A stretch of 64,000 bases of DNA from Terriglobia bacterium (lineage in GTDB: Bacteria; Acidobacteriota; Terriglobia; 20CM-2-55-15). The translations under genes were made by a program, and so were the position numbers. The DNA lies in contig CBDCFM010000021.1 in the NCBI GenBank assembly GCA_965216035.1, positions 744,231-808,230 on the forward strand. Reading direction: 5' to 3'. This document shows, in pieces, positions 57,201 through 64,000 of the stretch (position 1 is the first letter of the stretch; every line of letters begins with the position of its first letter). The notes under the pieces are model-generated. The model was given only the letters and a program-made list of their open reading frames with translations. It was not told where the DNA came from and did not search any database.

Positions 57201-57557
57201 CTAGTCTAATGTCTGACCATTCGGTAGTACGACTTGCAGCATACGCCCGAGTGGGCTGCCGTTCTTGACGGGCTCCACCGTCACAGTAACTTCATCGCCG
57301 GGCTTCAGTGACTGGTTGCTCCAGCCCTTCCGGGCCATGCCGGGAGGATTACTAGATTCGGCAATCCAGTGAACGACGCTGCCATTGTCGTCGGGCACGT
57401 CGAACCTCAAGAAGCAATGGGGATTGGCCCAAATCCATTCGGTGACAGTCCCCTTCATCGTAATTTCCTTCCCGGCATCGAAGTTGATGTTGCTGTGGTG
57501 CGCTACCAGTGGTACTGAAACTACCAGTAGGCCGGCCGCCACCGCGACAACCGTCAT
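57201..57557 (-). CDS. DUF6152-like small secreted protein, the intact paralog of the IS-disrupted gene
   Basis: MTVVAVAAGLLVVSVPLVAHHS…EITMKGTVTEWIWANPH…LKPGDEVTVTVEP…. Confidence 0.6.
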   Translation of the reverse strand: MTVVAVAAGLLVVSVPLVAHHSNINFDAGKEITMKGTVTEWIWANPHCFLRFDVPDDNGSVVHWIAESSNPPGMARKGWSNQSLKPGDEVTVTVEPVKNGSPLGRMLQVVLPNGQTLD

Positions 57558-57652
57558 GAACCGATATCTCACAGGGCACCTCCAATCTAAAATCATGTTC
57601 CCGGTACTACCAACGATGTATGCCATCGGGGTAACATAGCATGACAGGGCAC

Positions 57653-58153
57653 CTACCTCCAGGATTCCACCGCTTGCCTGGTGAGCGAGCCGGGAACCAG
57701 TTCATTCAACTCCAATCGGATCCCGTTGGGGTCGGTGACGTTGGCGAGTTTGGCCCTACTGTTCGAACTGACGCGAGGGTCGGTCACTGTTGCCCCGCCT
57801 TGGCGAAGCCGGGCGACCGTAGCGTCCGCGTTTTCGGCTTGAATGCCAACGTGCGTGATGGTGCCCGCGGCTCTGTCTGCATTGGCCGGCGCCACTTCCA
57901 GGAACGTGTCACGATTGATCTGGAGATACGAGGTCGTCGGTCGGCCATCCGGGCTCGGAAACTCGAACGCCACCTGAAAACCCATCACCTGGGTGTAGAA
58001 CTCTATGGCCTCACCCACGTCTTCCACTGCGATTCCGACGTGATTCAGGCGGAGGCCTGTGTTGCCGTCTTCCTGAGCGGCAACCATCTGCATCCCAACG
58101 GCGCCGGCTGTGGACCCGGCGACGAAAATAGCTAGTGTGCGCATCCACTTCAT
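57653..58153 (-). CDS. VOC-family (glyoxalase/bleomycin-resistance fold) secreted protein
   Basis: Signal peptide MKWMRTLAIFVAG…, then LNHVGIAVEDVGEAIEFYTQVMGF. Confidence 0.7.
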   Translation of the reverse strand: MKWMRTLAIFVAGSTAGAVGMQMVAAQEDGNTGLRLNHVGIAVEDVGEAIEFYTQVMGFQVAFEFPSPDGRPTTSYLQINRDTFLEVAPANADRAAGTITHVGIQAENADATVARLRQGGATVTDPRVSSNSRAKLANVTDPNGIRLELNELVPGSLTRQAVESWR

Positions 58154-58561
58154 GTGATCCTCCTCTTGTCGTGCGAGCGACTTCCTCGCTGCATCCTCAT
58201 TTCGGAACATCGCATGGCAGCATACATAATACAGCGACCGGATTCACGTTCGTTTGTCGTGCCTGAGATGGATTTTGTTGGCCATTAGAAGGTACAGTCC
58301 TGCTATACAGAGGTGATTACAATCGATCGATGCAACATATTAATGCAGAAGGAGGGAGTGAAGTGGATGCGGACGAAGCGGCGGAAGAAACAGAGGAATG
58401 CCGTGGGGTTCCTCAGTTGGGATGACACTGCAGCGGGACCTCATTACTTCGCTCCTGCGCCCCGAAGACACACGCGCGAACCCACGGGATTCTGTGACGG
58501 GCTGCTATAATACATGTCTTGACAATTGCACGTGGTCTGTGACGGGCCCGGGGAGGATCGT

Positions 58562-59353
58562 ATGAGGTCGCTGGCGTGCTGGGCAGTATTGATTGCAATG
58601 CCGATTTCGTTGCCGTCTGAGGCGAGTGCCGCCCGGGCGGATGTCCTGGAGATCGAGGTTGTTGACGGACAGATTTCGATTTACGCTGAGGCGGTGGGCT
58701 TAGGTCGTCTCTTGAATCTGTTCGACCGCGCTGCCGGCACCGAATCCACGGTGCCCGCTCAATTAGAAAATCGGAATGTCAGCGTACAGTTCGAAGCTCT
58801 GGACCTGGCGCAGGCCGTGAAAAAAATATTTGAGGGCCTGCCTCTGGATTATGTCGTATTGGAACAGGGACGGATCATCGTAATAGCCGTGGCGGGGACG
58901 TTAACGGCGGGTGCCGGTAGCGTGCCCGCTCCCAACTATCCAGTCCAGGCGCCCGGACAACCCTTCGCTGAGGCGCAGGTGCCAGTCGCGGGGCGCAATC
59001 CCTTTCAATCGCCCGGGGCGAATCCCGCCGCAGCGAACGGACAGGTAGGGAGTACCCCGGTGCAACCCGCCATCATTCAGACGCCCTTTGGACCTCTCGT
59101 CAATCCGAGGGCCAACGCGCAGCCCCCAATGCCAGTCGCCGGTCCCGGCCAGGGATTTCCTTTCGGCGCCGGGCCAGGGTCAGTGGCGCCATCAGTTACC
59201 GCAGATGGCCAGGTCGTGTTCCCGCAGAACGGACTCCCGGCTACTGGCGCCCAACCCGGCTCTACGCAGCCTGATTTTTTCGGCAATACTGCCCCGGCAA
59301 TTCTGGATTTGAAGAACCCCCAGCCCGCGTTCCCCAACAGATCGCAGCCGTGA
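58562..59353 (+). CDS. Pro/Gly/Ala-rich secreted protein
   Basis: Signal peptide MRSLACWAVLIAMPISLPSEASA, with a C-terminal half rich in P/G/Q/A repeats. Confidence 0.45.
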   Translation: MRSLACWAVLIAMPISLPSEASAARADVLEIEVVDGQISIYAEAVGLGRLLNLFDRAAGTESTVPAQLENRNVSVQFEALDLAQAVKKIFEGLPLDYVVLEQGRIIVIAVAGTLTAGAGSVPAPNYPVQAPGQPFAEAQVPVAGRNPFQSPGANPAAANGQVGSTPVQPAIIQTPFGPLVNPRANAQPPMPVAGPGQGFPFGAGPGSVAPSVTADGQVVFPQNGLPATGAQPGSTQPDFFGNTAPAILDLKNPQPAFPNRSQP

Positions 59354-59799
59354 GCCCTCCGGTCCTTGCGGTCAACCGCCAGGCATCTCACAATTACGAG
59401 TTTCTTGAAAAATTTGAAGCGGGATTGGTCTTGACAGGTACCGAGGTGAAGTCGGCCCGCGAAGGAAGCGTGAGCTTAAAGGAAGCCTACGGAGTGATCC
59501 GGGCAGGGGAGGTGTGGCTGATGAACTGTCACATCAGCCCTTTCTCGCATGGGAACGTCTCGAATCACGACCCGATGCGGGCGCGAAAGCTGCTTTTGAA
59601 ACGTTCGGAGATCCGCAAGCTGATCGGACGGACGACTGAACGTGGACGGACGCTTGTTCCATTGAAGATGTACCTGAAGAAAGGGCGCATCAAGTGCGAG
59701 ATCGCCCTCGCGAAGGGCAAGAAAACATATGACAAGCGGGAAACGGAACGACGGAAGACGATCGAGAAAGAATCACGGCAGGCAGTGCGCGACCGGTAA
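59350..59799 (+). CDS. smpB: SsrA-binding protein
   Basis: …NRQASHNYEFLEKFEAGLVLTGTEVKS…KGKKTYDKRE…. Confidence 0.9.
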   Translation: MSPPVLAVNRQASHNYEFLEKFEAGLVLTGTEVKSAREGSVSLKEAYGVIRAGEVWLMNCHISPFSHGNVSNHDPMRARKLLLKRSEIRKLIGRTTERGRTLVPLKMYLKKGRIKCEIALAKGKKTYDKRETERRKTIEKESRQAVRDR

Positions 59800-60027
59800 G
59801 CTGGGTGAGGGCATGGGCCCGGCTCTGGAATGTCCCATTGATCTGGAGTCTACTCAAGCGTCAGTGTCCTCGGGATCGCATCCTGACGAGCGGGGACTGC
59901 GGGTCCAGGCTAATGAATGGTCAAAGAGGCGAGCCCGTGCGTCAGAGCAAGTACATGATCGGTACAGACAGTGAAGAAACTATCAAGTAGTGAAGTCATA
60001 GTACTTAACTATTTGCACTGAGACCAA

Positions 60028-60648
60028 ATGAGCGAAGATCTCCCAACGAAACCCAACCTCGACTTTCGCCGTTCCCACCGTTTTGCAGATCTTGACCGAA
60101 TTGCGAACCTCGATCTGGCACCGTCGCTTGAACGCTTTGATGCGGTCCTCAGCCAGCGCGACGGAATCGGAGATGTCGCCCGGGCCCGTTCCGTGATGAC
60201 GGACCCTGGAAAGTCCGGCTTGCTTCAGATTCACCGTCACCTTTTCCATCCGCGACCGGGCGCGGGTCAGATACGGCAGTCGCCGGTACCGGCAAAGTTC
60301 AGCGGGCAGGACTGTCCGGACCCGGAATTCGTCGACCGGGCTCTGGACAACTTTGAACGCTGGCTTTCAGCCGACAGTTTTCTGGAGATCCACGCAATCG
60401 AGCAGGCCGGTCTGGTATTGACTCGACTCGTGGATATCTGGCCGTTCGATTTCGGCAACAGAACCGCTGCCGTGGTCTTTGCGAATTTCTTCCTTGTTCG
60501 TGCTGGATACCCGCCATTCGCGGTTCTGCCCGGTCAGGAAGAGGCCTTCGCGGACATTCTGGCGGCGGCGATCCGCATGCAGACCGAACCGCTGGTGGGC
60601 GCTATTTACAAATCGATCATCAGGGAATTGGATTTCGCCAATGGATGA
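60028..60648 (+). CDS. Fic/Doc-fold protein with a degenerate active-site motif (WPFDFGNRT in place of HPFx[DE]GNGR)
   Basis: …LVLTRLVDIWPFDFGNRTAAVVFANFFLVRAGYPP… matches the Fic core helix pattern (…IHPFxDGNGRtaRll.n..L...GYP). The catalytic His is replaced by Trp. Confidence 0.55.
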   Translation: MSEDLPTKPNLDFRRSHRFADLDRIANLDLAPSLERFDAVLSQRDGIGDVARARSVMTDPGKSGLLQIHRHLFHPRPGAGQIRQSPVPAKFSGQDCPDPEFVDRALDNFERWLSADSFLEIHAIEQAGLVLTRLVDIWPFDFGNRTAAVVFANFFLVRAGYPPFAVLPGQEEAFADILAAAIRMQTEPLVGAIYKSIIRELDFANG

Positions 60649-61657
60649 ACGATATTCGCGTCAGATTCGATTTGAGTTCATGGGTGAACTCGGGCAGACG
60701 CGAGTTTCTAAGGCGCGCGTGGGAATCGTCGGTCTGGGCGCAGTTGGAACCGTCGTTGCGGATCAACTCGTACGAGCTGGCGTGGGTTATGTCCGGCTGA
60801 TCGACAGGGATTTCGTAGAGCTTTCCAACCTTCAGAGACAGATGCTCTACGACGAATCGGATGCCCGTGAGAGCTTGCCTAAAGCCGTTGCGGCCAAGGA
60901 AAAACTCCAGGGGGTCAATTCCACCGTCCATCTAGATGCGATCGTGGAAGATCTCAATCCGTCGACCGCGGAGGCGTTGATAACGGATCTGGATCTTGTG
61001 ATGGATGGACTGGACAACTTTGAGACCCGGTTCGTCCTGAACGACGCTTGCCGCCTGGCTCGAACGCCTTGGATTTACGCAGCGGCCGTCGGGAGCTACG
61101 GGCTGGTGGTGCCGGTGTTGCCTGGTGGTCCGTGCTTGCGATGCCTGATGCATACCCTTCCCGCCGCAGGGTCCAGTCCAACCTGTGATACCGCCGGCGT
61201 CATCGCTCCGATAACTGGCGCGATCGCATCAATCGCAGTCGCACATGCGCTTCGAGCATTGACCGGACAACTGGAGAATGGCGATACACGATTGATCTCC
61301 GTCGACATATGGAGTCTCAAGATGCAATCGCTTCCACTGTCGAAGGCGCTCGAGGAAGAGTGTCCTCTGTGTTCGGGGGGCCATCTGGATTACCTCGATT
61401 CCTCAGCTATGAGAACAATCAGCCTCTGCGGCAGGAACGCCGTTCAAGTCATCCCGAGCGCGCGTGCCGAGCTGGATTTATCGGCAATGGGCAAAGACCT
61501 TGAAATGTATGGTCCGGTTCGGTCGAATGACTTCCTGCTCAAGTGTTCGAACCCGCCTTACGAACTGACGCTGTTCCGCGATGGCCGCGCAATCATTAAA
61601 GGTACTGAGGAGGCCTCCGTAGCAAGATCCGTGTATTCGAAGATGATCGGCCTGTAA
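60641..61657 (+). CDS. ThiF/MoeB/HesA-family E1-like adenylyltransferase with a ~90-aa C-terminal extension
   Basis: MDERYSRQIRF…GIVGLGAVGTVVADQLVRAGVG…LIDRDFVELSNLQRQ. Two CxxC pairs (CLRC…CPLC). The ATG overlaps the stop of the Fic-like gene. Confidence 0.8.
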   Translation: MDERYSRQIRFEFMGELGQTRVSKARVGIVGLGAVGTVVADQLVRAGVGYVRLIDRDFVELSNLQRQMLYDESDARESLPKAVAAKEKLQGVNSTVHLDAIVEDLNPSTAEALITDLDLVMDGLDNFETRFVLNDACRLARTPWIYAAAVGSYGLVVPVLPGGPCLRCLMHTLPAAGSSPTCDTAGVIAPITGAIASIAVAHALRALTGQLENGDTRLISVDIWSLKMQSLPLSKALEEECPLCSGGHLDYLDSSAMRTISLCGRNAVQVIPSARAELDLSAMGKDLEMYGPVRSNDFLLKCSNPPYELTLFRDGRAIIKGTEEASVARSVYSKMIGL

Positions 61658-61825
61658 GCGGAATATTCTTGCAATGGTGCCCTCTGTCAGACCACGCGTG
61701 GAACGCGGCAGGAATGGCGACCTGAAGGAACGACCGAGCGAATCTTATATCCTGAACTTTTAATCCAGGTCGCTGGCGACATTGCCAGTTGGAATGAGTG
61801 ATGAAGGGTGTGATACACCGTCGCT

Positions 61826-63325
61826 GTGGCCGCTCCGGATGGAGAATCAGGAATCAGGATGGATGTGAGAGCCTCGACCCCAGATCGTGTCCGTCGCAAG
61901 GTCGGTCTCGTTCTGGCGCCGGTCCTCTTTCTGCTGGTCTTGATTCTGCCTCTGCCCGGTCTCTCGATTGAAGCCCACCGCCTTGCTGCCATCATGGTCG
62001 CCGTAATCACGCTGTGGGTTACGGAAACGATCCCTCTTCCGGTTACGGCTCTGCTGGGCCCAACTCTCGCCGTTGTTCTCGGAGTGGCTCCAGCCCGCCA
62101 GGCGTACGCGCCGTTCGCCGACCCTCTGATAATGCTGTTTATCGGAAGCTTTATCCTTGCACAGGCGATATTCGTCCACCGGCTCAACGAAAGGATTGCC
62201 TATGGTGTGATGTCCTGGAAGGTGATTGGCGCCCGTCCGACCCGCATCTTGATTGCTTACGGTTGTATTGCAGCATTCATTTCAGCCTGGATGAGCAATA
62301 CGGCGACCGCCGCCATGCTCCTGCCGATCGGATTATCGCTGCTGGCGTTCATGGAATCGGAGTCGGAGATAAACCCCAGATATGGGACGGCGCTGATGTT
62401 GGCGACGGCGTATGGCTGTTCGTTGGGTGGCATGGCAACAATCGTCGGGACGCCGCCAAACGTGATCGCAGCCGGGATGATTCGCGAATTCACCGGGACG
62501 GAAATTTCATTTGTCCAATGGATGTTCTTCGCGGTTCCAATTTCGGTCATTATGGTGGGCTTCCTGGTCATATACATGAACTGGATGGGGCGCGGCGGTG
62601 TTGGGGAGATCCCGGGTGCAGACGATATCATTCGGGACCGCATGGCGGGGTTGGGGCCGTGGAAAAGAGGTGAGAAGAACGTCGTCGTCGCATTTCTGAT
62701 CACGGTGATGCTTTGGATTGTGCCTGGGTTGCTCGGGATTGTGCTGGGAACGGACCACCCGGTCGCGGCAACACTGCTAGCCGCGGTTCCAATTTCTGTA
62801 GCCGCCCTTGTCGGCGCCACGTTGCTATTCCTGTTGCCGGTGAGTCAAACAGAACGGTCCACGATTACGTGGAAACAGGCGGCAAACATCGATTGGGGAA
62901 CGATTCTGCTGTTCGGCGGCGGACTCGCGTTGGGACAGATGGCGTCCTCGACAGGTTTGGCGGAAGCGTTCGGGCGGGCTATCACCGGGTCCGTACCTAT
63001 CGGGTCCGTTATCACTCTAACTTTTGCCTCTGCTATTTTTATCACGATCCTTTCGGAGACGATGTCGAACACCGCCGCCGCGAATATCGCGATCCCGGTC
63101 ATTATTTCGATTGCACAGGCAGCTGACGTGAACCCGATTCCCCCAGCAATCGCGGCCAGTCTTGCTGCTTCAGTTGCGGTTATGCTCCCGGTTTCCACAC
63201 CCGCCAATGCCATCGTCTATTCTTCGGGTAAGGTTCCGATTACGAAGATGATTCGATACGGTATCGTGATGGACATCGTGGCCATGATTGTTATTCCGAC
63301 CATAGTCCTCCTTTACTTCCGATAA
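61826..63325 (+). CDS. DASS/SLC13-family anion:sodium symporter
   Basis: About 14 TM helices, with the paired hairpin motifs of SLC13 (…SNTATAAMLLPI… / …SNTAAANIAIPV…). Confidence 0.8.
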   Translation: MAAPDGESGIRMDVRASTPDRVRRKVGLVLAPVLFLLVLILPLPGLSIEAHRLAAIMVAVITLWVTETIPLPVTALLGPTLAVVLGVAPARQAYAPFADPLIMLFIGSFILAQAIFVHRLNERIAYGVMSWKVIGARPTRILIAYGCIAAFISAWMSNTATAAMLLPIGLSLLAFMESESEINPRYGTALMLATAYGCSLGGMATIVGTPPNVIAAGMIREFTGTEISFVQWMFFAVPISVIMVGFLVIYMNWMGRGGVGEIPGADDIIRDRMAGLGPWKRGEKNVVVAFLITVMLWIVPGLLGIVLGTDHPVAATLLAAVPISVAALVGATLLFLLPVSQTERSTITWKQAANIDWGTILLFGGGLALGQMASSTGLAEAFGRAITGSVPIGSVITLTFASAIFITILSETMSNTAAANIAIPVIISIAQAADVNPIPPAIAASLAASVAVMLPVSTPANAIVYSSGKVPITKMIRYGIVMDIVAMIVIPTIVLLYFR

Positions 63326-63338
63326 ATCCGGGCTCGGT

Positions 63339-63372
63339 TGACAGGGAATTCGGTGAAGTGTAAAAGGAGAGT
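63339..63372 (+). promoter_or_regulatory. Sigma70-like promoter candidate upstream of cstA (TTGACA-N17-TAAAAG)
   Basis: TTGACA at 63339, then 17 nt later TAAAAG. A perfect Shine-Dalgarno site AAGGAGG lies 8 nt before the cstA ATG. Confidence 0.3.
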
Positions 63373-63409
63373 CGATATTTTCCGCGAGGTTTAAAGGAGG
63401 AATCGAGCT

Positions 63410-64000
63410 ATGCAGCCTGTAGTGGCGGCCATCCTGTGCTTTATCGCATACATACTTTTCTACCGATTCTATGCCCGCTATCTCGGGCGGCGCATCTTCG
63501 AACTGGATCCCACTCGAGAGACTCCGGCCCACACCATGTCGGACGGTGTGGACTATGTTCCGGCCAGAAAAGCTGTTCTCTTTGGCCACCATTTCGCTTC
63601 GATCGCAGGTCTGGCTCCGATGCTGGGACCCGCTATAGCTGTTATCTGGGGTTGGCTGCCGGCCATGCTATGGGTCGTCCTGGGAACGGTTCTGATCGGA
63701 GCCGTGCACGACTTCAGCGCGATCGTCGTTTCAATGCGAAACAAGGGGCTCAGTATCGGTAAGGTGGCTGAGGATCTTATCGGACCGCGCGCGAAAACTC
63801 TGTTCCTGATGATCATCCTTTTCCTCCTGTGCCTGGTCATGGGTGTATTTGTTGGAATCGTTGCCGATCTGTTTACGACGAGCTTTTACCCGCAGACGAT
63901 ATTTCCCACATTTTTCCTGATGGTTGTTGCCGTCGTGATCGGATGGCTGGTCTACAAACGTTCCGCGAGCATCGGATGGACGACGGCTATCGGTTTTGTG
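63410..64000 (+). CDS. cstA: Carbon starvation protein CstA, N-terminal part; continues past the window end
   Basis: MQPVVAAILCFIAYILFYRFYARYLGRRIFELD…FGHHFASIAGLAPMLGPAIAVIWGWLPAMLWVVLGTVLIGAVHDF is canonical for CstA. Confidence 0.85.
   Translation, partial: MQPVVAAILCFIAYILFYRFYARYLGRRIFELDPTRETPAHTMSDGVDYVPARKAVLFGHHFASIAGLAPMLGPAIAVIWGWLPAMLWVVLGTVLIGAVHDFSAIVVSMRNKGLSIGKVAEDLIGPRAKTLFLMIILFLLCLVMGVFVGIVADLFTTSFYPQTIFPTFFLMVVAVVIGWLVYKRSASIGWTTAIGFV

Overview
This window reads as a chromosomal segment from a high-GC Gram-negative bacterium, probably Acidobacteria-like; that guess is inference only, based on PEP-CTERM proteins, bacillithiol genes and frequent weak Shine-Dalgarno sites. 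Everything below rests on the six-frame ORF track and motif recognition, with no database search, so family assignments are expert recall and coordinates counted by hand may be off by 1-2 nt in places.

Gene content, left to right:
- The 3' end of a type IV pilus secretin gene, then accB-accC-thiE.
- bshC-bshA, the bacillithiol biosynthesis pair.
- A surface-polysaccharide island of about 24 kb (8.0-31.8 kb).
- A small region next to tRNA-Thr (33.6-36.9 kb) containing an IS256-family element that has cleanly interrupted a DUF6152-like secreted-protein gene; its intact paralog sits at 57.2 kb.
- Housekeeping genes: AMIN-amidase, SLT transglycosylase, alaS, recX, ilvE, lptE, holA, rpsT, phoH-ybeY-corC-era, smpB.
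- Two tandem GspG-like pseudopilins and a TPR-lipoprotein secretin that carries an extra C-terminal domain.
- A second, large polyprenyl-phosphate sugar transferase.
- A degenerate Fic-like protein translationally coupled to a ThiF/MoeB E1-like enzyme.
- A DASS-family transporter and the 5' part of cstA.

The polysaccharide island contains:
- Glycosyltransferases of families 4 and 2 (GT4, GT2).
- A PEP-CTERM protein.
- An operon rfbF-rfbG-(702-aa cobalamin radical-SAM).
- Two polyprenyl-phosphate sugar transferases and a Wzx flippase.
- A 1058-aa secreted protein.
- An NAD-dependent epimerase.
- A GT4 gene broken by a frameshift.
- A Wza-Wzz export operon whose third gene is a BY-kinase-like ATPase with a dead Walker A.
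- An IS1182-family transposase, a Wzy/O-antigen-ligase-like protein and a methyltransferase.

Non-genic structure worth a second look:
- A 3 x 128-bp tandem repeat array upstream of the PEP-CTERM gene.
- A previously unnoticed repeat family: a 28-nt motif in three copies, a roughly 390-bp MITE-like element with terminal inverted repeats, and a related copy upstream of lptE.
- A 100-bp tandem duplication inside the IS256 element.

My candidates for something new are the CDP-sugar/B12-radical-SAM operon, the pseudo-Fic + E1 pair and the repeat family.
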